Shown here: positions 9,363-18,282 of the stretch, one piece after another
Numbering within the stretch: the first letter of the stretch is position 1
How the letters are laid out: every line of letters begins with the position of its first letter
NCBI GenBank assembly: GCA_035478615.1
Contig: DATIJN010000140.1
Location: 56,088 to 120,087, forward strand
Direction: 5' to 3'
Source of the DNA: Candidatus Saccharimonadales bacterium
Lineage (GTDB): Bacteria > Babelota > Babeliae > Babelales > Chromulinivoraceae
Length of the DNA stretch: 64,000 bases
Notes under the pieces: model-generated
What the model was told of the DNA's origin: nothing
Seen by the model: the letters and a program-made list of their open reading frames with translations, nothing else
Database searches by the model: none
Translations under genes and position numbers: made by a program

Positions 9363-9971
9363 ATGTATCGTCATCTACTATTAAATCATTTACGATCAAG
9401 CCCGTATTACGAGTGTGATTATGATATACAAAATCGTAATGACATTATACATATTTGCAAACAACAACTTTATCGTTCACAACATGGTGAACATTGTAAA
9501 GCATTTATAAATATATTACATTTACTAGGTGTTCGCGGAGAATGTCATCATGAGCAATATGGTCGTGATGACTCGAAAAATGCATTGATCAGTATCATTA
9601 TCAAACACTTATCGGATATTATTAAAGATAATGAACAATCAGATAATAAACAACCTGAAAAACAAGTAGAAAAACAAGTGGATACAAAAATTGATAAACA
9701 AGTACCTTTGGATAAAACGGAAAAAGATAAAGATAATCATAATTTATTTAATATTAAATTGGAAAAGCCTGAAGATTTAGAAAAATTCGTATCCCAAACA
9801 ATCAATCTCATTTCTCCACAAAATGAACAATTACATCAATTGACCAATAGTTTGATGAAGATTTTTTTATCACCACAATCATCACAATCATCACAAACTG
9901 AAAATAAAACAACAACGTCGGATAAAACACAGCAAATTTTGGAAGAGGTGTTGAATCAACAAGAATTGTAA
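9363..9971 (+). CDS. Hypothetical protein with low-complexity Lys/Gln/Ser-rich C-half
   Basis: ATG ORF of 202 aa. Confidence 0.45.
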   Translation: MYRHLLLNHLRSSPYYECDYDIQNRNDIIHICKQQLYRSQHGEHCKAFINILHLLGVRGECHHEQYGRDDSKNALISIIIKHLSDIIKDNEQSDNKQPEKQVEKQVDTKIDKQVPLDKTEKDKDNHNLFNIKLEKPEDLEKFVSQTINLISPQNEQLHQLTNSLMKIFLSPQSSQSSQTENKTTTSDKTQQILEEVLNQQEL

Positions 9972-10002
9972 TTATTAAAATTTTAATAAATTTTAATATT
10001 AA

Positions 10003-10749
10003 ATGGGTGCTAGTATATCAACAAATTCAGTTAATTCAATGATTAGTAATAGTATTGATGTATTGAATACGTATGCACAAACTTGTGCTGTAAGTGGCAC
10101 AGGAGCACAAAATCAAATTATACTCAATGGATGTACATTAAAAGATGGTAGTAAAATTGATATATTGAATCAACAAGTCGTAAGTCAAAGTTGTATTACC
10201 AATGCAAATACACAAGTGGCTATATCATCGAGTGTGTCTCAGACAATGAGACAAGCTGCACAAGCTATTACACAACAATTTAGCTTCCCATCCATTGCCT
10301 CAGCGAATAATTTTATTCAAGATAGTATTACACTGGGTGATTTTATCAGTAATACTTATAACAGTAATTGTTCAACAAATATATCGCAAGGTAAAAATGA
10401 AATTGTTTGTAATGATAGTACGATTGATAATTCAATTATTCAAATTGAAGATTTTCAATCTGTCACACAACAATGTATTTTAAATGCGATAAGTAATTCA
10501 TCCATTTATAACACGGTGGTTAATGACTTACGACAAACGAGTGTTGCTAAACAGCAAGATACATTTGCAGCCATATTAGGTGTTATTGCTCTATTTTTAG
10601 CTATCGGTGCATGGTTCGTCATATCCATTGCACGTACTGATGCTGCGAAATGGCTTGTTGTATTTTTAGTTTTATTTTTTGTCCTGTCAAGTGTTATTTA
10701 TACAGCAACGGCTAAAGAACGTGGTAACTATCCTTATACTAAAGCTTAA
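10003..10749 (+). CDS. N-myristoylated membrane protein, poxvirus L1R/F9L-like
   Basis: Starts MGASIS (Gly2 myristoylation context), has conserved Cys pairs and a C-terminal pair of hydrophobic segments. This architecture fits the NCLDV core lipid-membrane protein. Confidence 0.55.
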   Translation: MGASISTNSVNSMISNSIDVLNTYAQTCAVSGTGAQNQIILNGCTLKDGSKIDILNQQVVSQSCITNANTQVAISSSVSQTMRQAAQAITQQFSFPSIASANNFIQDSITLGDFISNTYNSNCSTNISQGKNEIVCNDSTIDNSIIQIEDFQSVTQQCILNAISNSSIYNTVVNDLRQTSVAKQQDTFAAILGVIALFLAIGAWFVISIARTDAAKWLVVFLVLFFVLSSVIYTATAKERGNYPYTKA

Positions 10750-11422
10750 ACAATGACAAATTAGATTTAACCAAATTAAGGACGTGAATCAATGATTCAA
10801 AGTTGATATTTCCGTATTCTTCTAATATAAACAAGCTATATGGATCTAATTTATTATCAGTATAAACAGATAATGTTAATTCAAAATTAGGCTGTCTAGA
10901 AACATTAACATATTGACGTTTATTAATATAAACATCAATACCTATTTTATATTTATACGTAAATCCATATTTATCCAATTCTGCGTATAATATTTTAAGA
11001 TCAATATGTCCTCTGTCATTAGGAACACTTGAACGATTTTTTATCATACTCTCCCATCGATATAATTTCACCCATCCATTAAAATTTTTTGGTTGACGTG
11101 TGATTGGTAGATTGTCATGTTTGAATTTGTTTATCCAAAATGTATCATCACACAATAACATTAATTCTTTATTGGATGTACAAGTGTTAACTATAGTATT
11201 GATATCGCTTAGGATTAACGTTTCAAACAACATGTCATTTGGTAAAATTGATATTGATTGATTCTTTTTACTTTCTAAGCGTCGCAACTCTGTACGTAAA
11301 CTATATAAGTCTTTTTTTCCTAATTTTTCTACAATTTTTTTCTCAGACAAGCCATTGTACATCTTATATTGTTTTAAATTTTTCAAAACATCTGAACGTT
11401 TTAGAATGGATATATTATCCAT
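10739..11422 (-). CDS. SAP-like + F-box-like family protein (paralogue of 46865-47722 and 59208-60032)
   Basis: Shared N-terminal block (KxYNGLS...K...L) followed by LPNDMLFETLILSDINTIVNTCTSNKELMLLCDDTFW. Confidence 0.55.
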   Translation of the reverse strand: MDNISILKRSDVLKNLKQYKMYNGLSEKKIVEKLGKKDLYSLRTELRRLESKKNQSISILPNDMLFETLILSDINTIVNTCTSNKELMLLCDDTFWINKFKHDNLPITRQPKNFNGWVKLYRWESMIKNRSSVPNDRGHIDLKILYAELDKYGFTYKYKIGIDVYINKRQYVNVSRQPNFELTLSVYTDNKLDPYSLFILEEYGNINFESLIHVLNLVKSNLSLFKL

Positions 11423-11466
11423 TTATTTTATATAAAATGATTATATTTAATAAAAATTAAATATAA

Positions 11467-11685
11467 ATGGATGAATGTCATATGTGTCATGATAAAATAC
11501 ACCTGTATTACTGTATTCGTTGCAAACATTATTATTGTTCGTCGCACTTTCAAGTGCGATTGTACAACATTTATTGCGTTCATTGTGAATTAGACCAATT
11601 AAGTGACAAGATGCAACATGTTCATATTACAAAAAACAATGACATGGATATGTTGTGCGATAACATGACAAATATTAAACTTTAA
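11467..11685 (+). CDS. Small zinc-finger (B-box-like) protein
   Basis: CHMCHDK...YYCIRCKHYYCSSH...CVHC. Confidence 0.4.
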   Translation: MDECHMCHDKIHLYYCIRCKHYYCSSHFQVRLYNIYCVHCELDQLSDKMQHVHITKNNDMDMLCDNMTNIKL

Positions 11686-12622
11686 CAACTTCAAACAATA
11701 AAACATTGGCATTTTGATAAGGCGGGAATAAATTATCTGCTGGTAAATGATTCATGATTGGTACATTGGGTTGTAATCCTTGAGTTGGATCACCGTTTAC
11801 CCACGGATTAAATGTACCATTGCTACTACAATCAACACATCCGGTAGCTAATTTTAAATTATTTTGACCAAAATTAGCTCCCCATGGTCTTACCGATATA
11901 ATACCATCATTAGGTTGTGTGGTGGTGTTTGGATTTAATGAATTTACACCACTAACACCACTAGAACATGATGGAAATAATATAAAATACAAATTGGGAT
12001 AGTTTGTTGGCAAAAAATAAACCAACAAATCACTTTCAAACCAGCTACAATTAGAACTTGATCCATCATAACCAATCACTGCAGGTGTTGTACTATAACA
12101 CAAACCTGAAAAGCCTTCATTTAACCGTTGGTATCGTAAACGACCAGTAGGATCCGATGGATTATTGCGATTTTGTAAATAAAACCTGTTACCTAAACCA
12201 TAGACAAGGCTTTGGTTCGCATCACACCCTCCTGGAACTCCTTCACATTGTGAAGCTGATGAAAATTGATTTAAAATCCATTGACTGCGTGTATTACTTT
12301 TATCACCTGTAAATGTTACAGCATAAGCGTTTGGTCCATAATCATAAGGTATTAAACACGGTTGTCCAGCATTACTTAACTGAATTGTGGCACTTTGTTC
12401 CAAATATTGATTTATATTATCACCAGATAATATCGCTGGACGTATGACAACGGTATCACCATAATTAAACGGAGAGATTGGGTAATTATTAGCAAGTTGT
12501 TGTTGTAATATATAGACAATAATAGCTACCGCGCCGACTAATAATACAAATACCAATACGGATGTACTTATTGAACCTGTACTCGTTGATGAATTTATTT
12601 TATCTATATCTGTATCTGACAT
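11675..12622 (-). CDS. Type II membrane-anchored Cys-containing protein
   Basis: N-terminal hydrophobic anchor (VLVFVLLVGAVAIIVYIL) followed by a Gly/Asn/Ser-rich ectodomain. Confidence 0.55.
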   Translation of the reverse strand: MSDTDIDKINSSTSTGSISTSVLVFVLLVGAVAIIVYILQQQLANNYPISPFNYGDTVVIRPAILSGDNINQYLEQSATIQLSNAGQPCLIPYDYGPNAYAVTFTGDKSNTRSQWILNQFSSASQCEGVPGGCDANQSLVYGLGNRFYLQNRNNPSDPTGRLRYQRLNEGFSGLCYSTTPAVIGYDGSSSNCSWFESDLLVYFLPTNYPNLYFILFPSCSSGVSGVNSLNPNTTTQPNDGIISVRPWGANFGQNNLKLATGCVDCSSNGTFNPWVNGDPTQGLQPNVPIMNHLPADNLFPPYQNANVLLFEVVKV

Positions 12623-12691
12623 TTTTAATTATAATTATATAATTATTATAATTATAAAAAAATTAAAATATTTTTATTTACATAAATAACA

Positions 12692-13669
12692 ATGTCACAA
12701 CAAAAAGAAGTAAAGCAAATTAATTTGAATTCGAATGTCAATCGCGTGGCGAAATATATGTCAACGCAAACTGTTAATCCATGGGGAATAACTGCACAAA
12801 AAAAATTCATTTACACGGCAAACAATGGCAGTTTGACTATTGGTAAATATAATAGAAAAGGAAAATTAGATCTTGCTATTAATACGACTGGTGCTGGTAC
12901 TGGTCTTGTTAGTAATTTTAAATCATCTAACTTTCAAGGTGCTTCCCTCATCTTAGTCACCGAAAGTGGCACTATTGAAATTTATAAACCATCCGTTGAT
13001 CCAGCCAACACGGCTGTCGTTTTGACTGTACCTAATGGTATTTTGAAAGGCGTTACCATTGCTAAAAATAAGCTCTATGTTGCTAATTTTGCCGATATTG
13101 GTGTTGGTGGTGGCAATGTCATTATTTATGATTCTAATTTCAACTTTTTAAGTACGTTTACGGATGCTGATTTAATTGCTGAAGGATATTATCCATATAA
13201 TGTTTATGCTCATAAAAAATTAATTTATGTCGCTTTTGCGCTTAAAGATGGTTCGGATGGCGTCAAAGGTGAAGGATTTGGATACATTGATGTGTTTAAA
13301 CTTGATGGTACTTTTGTCAAACGATTGGTTAATAGAACAGGGCTTAACGAGCCATGGGGACTGTTGGTCAGCAAATGTGACAACTATTTATTAGTTGGTA
13401 ATTTTGGTGATGGTACTATTTCCATTTATGATAGGAAATGTGGTGATTTTATTGGCCAAGTCAGAGATTGCTATTGTAACATTTTGTATATTGACGGTTT
13501 ATGGGGTATTTATTATGATGTATGCAATGACGATATTCTTTTCGCTGCCGGTATTGATGATGAGGCAAATGGATTAATTGGAAGACTTACTAACTGTTGT
13601 GAAAAGTCATCTTCAAAATCTTGTAAATCATCTTCTTCATCTTCATCTTCTTCTAAATGCTGTCATTAA
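12692..13669 (+). CDS. Beta-propeller protein resembling the bacterial TIGR03118 family, with Ser/Cys-rich tail
   Basis: NPWGIT, LYVANF, LNEPWGLLVS, YLLVGNFGDGTISIYD, IDGLWGI, FAAGIDDEANGLIGRL match my recollection of TIGR03118 signatures (LLVGNFGDGrI, IDGLWaL, E.dGLfG). C-terminal tail is CCEKSSSKSCKSSSSSSSSSKCCH. Confidence 0.55.
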   Translation: MSQQKEVKQINLNSNVNRVAKYMSTQTVNPWGITAQKKFIYTANNGSLTIGKYNRKGKLDLAINTTGAGTGLVSNFKSSNFQGASLILVTESGTIEIYKPSVDPANTAVVLTVPNGILKGVTIAKNKLYVANFADIGVGGGNVIIYDSNFNFLSTFTDADLIAEGYYPYNVYAHKKLIYVAFALKDGSDGVKGEGFGYIDVFKLDGTFVKRLVNRTGLNEPWGLLVSKCDNYLLVGNFGDGTISIYDRKCGDFIGQVRDCYCNILYIDGLWGIYYDVCNDDILFAAGIDDEANGLIGRLTNCCEKSSSKSCKSSSSSSSSSKCCH

Positions 13670-13673
13670 ATTA

Positions 13674-13699
13674 TTTTTTAATTATATATAATTAAAAAA
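13674..13699. terminator. Perfect 26-nt palindrome between tandem plus-strand genes
   Basis: ttttttaattatatataattaaaaaa; its last A is the A of the next ATG. Confidence 0.5.
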
Positions 13700-14259
13700 T
13701 GGAAACTTTGAATGACGATGTTTTATTAAACATTATTCTTAATACACCAATCGAGGATTTAAATCGGTTATATGATACAAATCAAAAACTAAAACGTTTG
13801 TTAAACGCTACTAATACACTGCGTTTATTATCAAAACAGAATAACATTAATTATATGGATAATATGACATTTAAAGATTTTCTCATTGAATACTTTGATA
13901 TTTTCTTTTTCCCGAAATTAAATGAAAGTAAGTATTTGGAAGGGGAGTTGTTGCGGGCAGCTGTGGTGATTAGAAATAGATATCTTAATTCAGGAGACAA
14001 AATTATCCATTGTGACGATTATAGTGTTTCATGGATATGTCAAGCGAAGCGGTTTTTAGAACAAAATGGTTATCAAAAGGATATTGATTTGGTACCTATA
14101 AAAAACAAACAATATAAATTGTGGATTAATAGACTCATTCATAAAATTGTTCATTTAATATTATCAAAACATGGTGTTTACACACCTCTTGTCAAAGGAC
14201 ATGGATTTGAATCGATGAAAGTGAAAACCAGATATGACGACGATAGTTATGAATGGTAA
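13699..14259 (+). CDS. F-box-like N-terminal domain protein
   Basis: LNDDVLLNIILNTPIEDLNRLYDTNQKLKRLL. Confidence 0.55.
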   Translation: METLNDDVLLNIILNTPIEDLNRLYDTNQKLKRLLNATNTLRLLSKQNNINYMDNMTFKDFLIEYFDIFFFPKLNESKYLEGELLRAAVVIRNRYLNSGDKIIHCDDYSVSWICQAKRFLEQNGYQKDIDLVPIKNKQYKLWINRLIHKIVHLILSKHGVYTPLVKGHGFESMKVKTRYDDDSYEW

Positions 14260-14282
14260 ATAAAAATTATCATATTAAAATG

Positions 14283-14337
14283 TGTGCAATGACGGTGATG
14301 CGAATGGATTAATTGGAAGACTTACTAAATCTTCATC
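14283..14337 (+). pseudogene. Decayed remnant of the 3' end of a second TIGR03118-like gene
   Basis: tgcaatgacg...aatggattaattggaagacttactaa repeats 13523-13532 and 13568-13593 of the intact gene, with internal deletions. Confidence 0.45.
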
Positions 14338-14386
14338 TTATAATTATCATTATATTATAATGATAATTTTACACTTTTTTATTATA
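14338..14386. repeat. 49-bp repeat (copy 1) containing a terminator palindrome
   Basis: ttataattatcattatattataatgataattttacacttttttattata. The second copy at 15091-15139 differs at one base. Confidence 0.9.
14342..14368. terminator. 27-nt palindrome abutting the stop of 14369-14641
   Basis: aattatcattata-t-tataatgataatt. A one-mismatch copy lies at 15095-15121. Confidence 0.5.
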
Positions 14387-14641
14387 AAATTCTTCATATT
14401 TTATCGGATCACAATGAAATTGGGCTAATCGATCATAACGTTGCCATAAATAGTTTTTAACATTGACATCATCCGTTTCCTTATAAATTTTAACATATCT
14501 TGCTAAATTAGAAAATGTTATTTTATTTTCCTCTGATAATTCATAATAATGTTTATGAATACTATTCATAAAATATCTATCTTTTTCATCGTCATTCATT
14601 TCATTATATTGATAAAATTCATCTTTAACTTTATCTGCCAT
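14369..14641 (-). CDS. Hypothetical protein
   Basis: ATG ORF of 90 aa. Confidence 0.45.
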   Translation of the reverse strand: MADKVKDEFYQYNEMNDDEKDRYFMNSIHKHYYELSEENKITFSNLARYVKIYKETDDVNVKNYLWQRYDRLAQFHCDPIKYEEFYNKKV

Positions 14642-14690
14642 TTATAATGTTTATTTTAATATTTATAATATCGTTTTAAAATTAATCATG

Positions 14691-14915
14691 CCTGTAAATT
14701 TTAAAAAGTGCGCCGGCGAAAATTTTCCGAAAAATTTTCAATGAAAGAAAAAAGAAAGAAAATTGTGGAACCTGTAAATTTTAAAAATTACGCCAGCGAA
14801 AATTTTCCGAAAATTTTTCACTGACAGAAAAAAAGAAAGAAATATATTAAAATATAAAAAATCGGGAGCGTGAAATTTTCTTAAAAATTTTCACTGAAAG
14901 AAAAAAAAAGGAAAC
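14691..14915. repeat. About 80-bp tandem repeat, 2 full copies plus 1 degenerate, in an unusually long non-coding spacer
   Basis: cctgtaaattttaaaaa(gtg/tta)cgcc(g/a)gcgaaaattttccgaaaa(a/t)ttttca(a/c)tga(a/c)agaaaaaagaaagaaa at 14691 and 14771. A degenerate copy lies at about 14860-14915. Confidence 0.8.
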
Positions 14916-15090
14916 AATATAAAGAAATAAAACTATAATTATTCATCAACATTTCCATTATCGGCAGGGTAATTCGTTGTTAACCCGATCCAATTATATC
15001 AAAATAATAAACATTGTTATTCTATTGAACATATTAATCATGTTTTCAATAAAATAAACGAAACACAATCATTTGGTAGTTCTATTGATA

Positions 15091-15139
15091 TTATAATTAT
15101 CATTATCTTATAATGATAATTTTACACTTTTTTATTATA
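15091..15139. repeat. 49-bp repeat (copy 2)
   Basis: Near-identical to 14338-14386. Confidence 0.9.
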
Positions 15140-15638
15140 TAATTAATATAAGTTGATTGTAATAAATATGAGTTAAAAATTCTTGTAATGCATTATTTGA
15201 TAAAGTAATATTTAATTCACTGAAATCTTCAACGTCATAATCATAATAATATGTAGGAAAACTAATATAATCTAAATTAAAATTAATATTTATCACCTCA
15301 TGTTTTTTAAAAAATTCTAACGTTTTATCTCTATAAATAGTTTCACCATCGACATAAAAAGATAAAATTGATAGTTTATTCAATATATTAAAAAAATCAT
15401 TAAAAGTTTGATTTTTATTATTTAGTAATAATTTAATATCTATAATATCATCACGTGTTGATAAAATATTCATAATTCTATTTACCCTTTTATTCACTTT
15501 ATTCATTTTTCGTTTTAACATTGTATTGGTTTGACATAAATTTAAAATATATTTATTTGTTTGACATACTTGTCTTAATTCTCTTAAATTTAAATTTTCT
15601 ATAATTTTAACATTTGTATCTTCTATACCTGTTAACAT
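15135..15638 (-). CDS. F-box-like N-terminal domain protein
   Basis: NVKIIENLNLRELRQVCQTNKYILNLCQTNTML. Confidence 0.55.
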   Translation of the reverse strand: MLTGIEDTNVKIIENLNLRELRQVCQTNKYILNLCQTNTMLKRKMNKVNKRVNRIMNILSTRDDIIDIKLLLNNKNQTFNDFFNILNKLSILSFYVDGETIYRDKTLEFFKKHEVININFNLDYISFPTYYYDYDVEDFSELNITLSNNALQEFLTHIYYNQLILII

Positions 15639-15675
15639 TTTAATATAATAAAATTATATTAAAAACAATATTAAT

Positions 15676-16029
15676 TTAATACAAAATATACACATAAGGA
15701 TAAGTAGCATTAACAAGACGTTCATAAAAATAATCAATAATCCATTGTGCAATATAATACATTTGCTGTTCTAATTCATCAAACGTGAAAACATGTCTCC
15801 ATTCAATACTATCAACATGAACCCAAGTATCTGTCAATTTGTGGAAAATAAAAACACGAATGATATTACTGCGATAAATATCAATTTCAAATTCAATATT
15901 ATCAACAAAAATAATACTAATCACATCGTCGCGGTAATAATTATAATTTGGTTTTATAGAAAGTTGGGTATAAAACATGTTGACAATTTTTTTACCGATA
16001 CGTTTGGCGCGCGATGATTGTATGTCCAT
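15676..16029 (-). CDS. Hypothetical protein, paralogue of 6066-6431
   Basis: See 6066-6431. Confidence 0.55.
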   Translation of the reverse strand: MDIQSSRAKRIGKKIVNMFYTQLSIKPNYNYYRDDVISIIFVDNIEFEIDIYRSNIIRVFIFHKLTDTWVHVDSIEWRHVFTFDELEQQMYYIAQWIIDYFYERLVNATYPYVYILY

Positions 16030-16030
16030 T

Positions 16031-16055
16031 TTAATTTAAAACAATTTTAAATTAA
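16031..16055. promoter_or_regulatory. Palindrome in a head-to-head spacer
   Basis: ttaatttaaaa-caa-ttttaaattaa. Confidence 0.3.
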
Positions 16056-16062
16056 AACAAAA

Positions 16063-17499
16063 ATGAAGGATGAAAGTTTAATTCACTGGTGTAAGGAATT
16101 TTTAACGCCAAATGCTGTGATGATTAACATTGGTGCAGGAAGTGGATCTTATCCACTTTTACTCCATTCCTATTGTCAAACGATTCATGCCTTTGAAACC
16201 AATGAATTAATCACATTACATCAAAATATGATGAACAATCATATTCATAATGTTAAATTATATACATTGAATTATCCTATTGATCAATTAAATTTAACTG
16301 ATGTTAAATTAATCACATGTTATCATGATGATATGAATATTATTAATCATATTCTAAAAACGTTGAATATAAATAACTATCCGCCAATTTTATTTACCAA
16401 AAACATGGCGATAAGTGCTCTCCTTTTTAACCTTGGTTATCAAATACATCTTATTAACAATTATCCTGATGTTTTATTAGCAAGTGATCATGCACAATTT
16501 GATGTTGATCATGATGATCATCATGATCAACATTTACAACAATGTGATGACATCGTGTTAAGCTTTGTTGATGAACAAAAAAGAGATACAGCTATGAATC
16601 AATTATACCATTACATGGTTAAATTACCAGTTATTAAAACCATTTATTTAAATTGTCCGATGCCTAAAACACGTGTACCCAATAATCCATCCATTATTTA
16701 CGATGACGTTAATAAAACTTATCTATGCAACATACGGTATTCTAATTATGTTTACGATCCACATTTTCGATTTTTAGATGAACACAATATACATGTATCT
16801 GATCACGTCTTGATGACGTTGGATCAAGATTTTTGTATTCAAAATACAAAACAGATTGTTGATAAAACAAACAATGTGTATTATGACAGTTTTGTTTATG
16901 GTATCGATGATTTACGTTTGATTAATAAAACACAATTTATTTGTTCACATGGAAATTTTAATCAAAATAGACTTATCGAACAATGCCTTGGGACACTTGA
17001 TGAACATGGTCATGTCATTAAGTTAATACCATTAATCGGTCCTGTGAAAGGGCGGCATGAAAAGAATTGGTTACCCTTTTATCAACATGATAAATTATAT
17101 GTCATTTATATGATTCATCCATTCATGTTGTATGAAGTAAATCAAACAAATGGTAATTTAATACAAGTTAAAAATACATTTTTAAGTGATAAAAACTGCA
17201 GTGGATTTCGTGGAGGTAGTCCACCTATAAAATATAAATCTGGGTGGTTATCTTTGATTCATCAAGTGACTAAAAATCTTTGTTATTTTCACCGGTTTAT
17301 TTGGTTCGATGAAAATTTCACAACGATGAAACTATCCTTACCATTTTATTTTGAAACAAAAGGCATTGAATTTAGTTTGGGTATGTGTTATGATGGTAGC
17401 CATATCATCATAACACATTCTGTATGGGATAATCACGCGCGGATTATTGTAATTGATGAAGATATTATAAATGATTATTTGAAATTAAAAAATGATTGA
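16063..17499 (+). CDS. Fusion of an FkbM-type SAM methyltransferase-like N-domain with a GH130/GT108-like beta-propeller (mannoside phosphorylase/mannosyltransferase-like) C-domain
   Basis: N-domain: VMINIGAGSGSYPLLL...IHAFETN. C-domain: YGIDDLRLI, HEKNWLPFYQHDKLYVIY, FRGGSPPIKYKSGWLSLIHQV, YFHRFIWFDENF, IEFSLGMCYDG..IIITHSVWDNHARIIVI follow the blade pattern I recall for GH130/DUF377. Confidence 0.45.
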   Translation: MKDESLIHWCKEFLTPNAVMINIGAGSGSYPLLLHSYCQTIHAFETNELITLHQNMMNNHIHNVKLYTLNYPIDQLNLTDVKLITCYHDDMNIINHILKTLNINNYPPILFTKNMAISALLFNLGYQIHLINNYPDVLLASDHAQFDVDHDDHHDQHLQQCDDIVLSFVDEQKRDTAMNQLYHYMVKLPVIKTIYLNCPMPKTRVPNNPSIIYDDVNKTYLCNIRYSNYVYDPHFRFLDEHNIHVSDHVLMTLDQDFCIQNTKQIVDKTNNVYYDSFVYGIDDLRLINKTQFICSHGNFNQNRLIEQCLGTLDEHGHVIKLIPLIGPVKGRHEKNWLPFYQHDKLYVIYMIHPFMLYEVNQTNGNLIQVKNTFLSDKNCSGFRGGSPPIKYKSGWLSLIHQVTKNLCYFHRFIWFDENFTTMKLSLPFYFETKGIEFSLGMCYDGSHIIITHSVWDNHARIIVIDEDIINDYLKLKND

Positions 17500-17522
17500 C
17501 ATTGTAAAAAATAGGTACAAAA

Positions 17523-18281
17523 ATGGATACCACCATAACAATCACGTTTGGTGAATGCGTGGAAAATCATGCTGGTATGCAACAAATTGGAAATAAAAGT
17601 AATATTGGTTTAAGTGTTGATGAATTAAAAGAAGCGAAAACAAAGATTGAACAATGTGGTGTTAAAGTTGATGTTGAACTCATTCATTTAAATCAATACA
17701 ATAAAGGCGAAGGTGATGAAGCTGCTATATTGATTATAAGACAAGGCGCCAATGCATTGTTGCATGAATACAACAATGAGCAAGGTGCCAATGCCTTGTT
17801 ACATGAATACAACGATGTTAAATGGGATACGAAGGCAAAAATGAAAGGTAGAGTAGTAAATAAACGCGCAAGATTTAATATTTGTATGGCTGATGAATCA
17901 CAAACTGCCAATTATGAAGAAGGTAAAGGTACAGTGGTGTCGTTTGATGATTTACCATTGACAAAGAAGATACGAGCATTATTACCATTATGGTTTGGTG
18001 AAAAGACAAATAACTTGAATGCTGAAGGCAATTATTATTATAACAACAATTGTTTTATTGGATTTCATGGAGATTTTGAGAGAAGAATCGTGGTTGCTAT
18101 TCGACTTGGTAAATCGATGCCATTGTATTATCAATGGTATCATCATTGCAAGCCGGTAGGTGAAAGATGTGATTTAATGTTACATCATGGTGACATGTAT
18201 ATTATGAGTGATAAGGCGGTTGGACACGATTGGAAGAAGAGTAGTTTATTGACTTTACGTCATGCTGCAAATTATAAATAA
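17523..18281 (+). CDS. AlkB-like 2OG-Fe(II) dioxygenase
   Basis: IGFHGDFERRIVVAIRLG (HxD), DLMLHHGDMYIMSDKAVGHDW (second His), LLTLRHA (Arg) align with E. coli AlkB LSLHQDKDE / LLLEHGDVVVWGG..HG / NLTFRQA. Confidence 0.55.
   Translation: MDTTITITFGECVENHAGMQQIGNKSNIGLSVDELKEAKTKIEQCGVKVDVELIHLNQYNKGEGDEAAILIIRQGANALLHEYNNEQGANALLHEYNDVKWDTKAKMKGRVVNKRARFNICMADESQTANYEEGKGTVVSFDDLPLTKKIRALLPLWFGEKTNNLNAEGNYYYNNNCFIGFHGDFERRIVVAIRLGKSMPLYYQWYHHCKPVGERCDLMLHHGDMYIMSDKAVGHDWKKSSLLTLRHAANYK
17745..17816 (+). repeat. In-frame 39-nt tandem duplication (GANALLHEYNNEQ / GANALLHEYND)
   Basis: Read directly from the DNA and its translation. Confidence 0.9.
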
Positions 18282-18282
18282 A

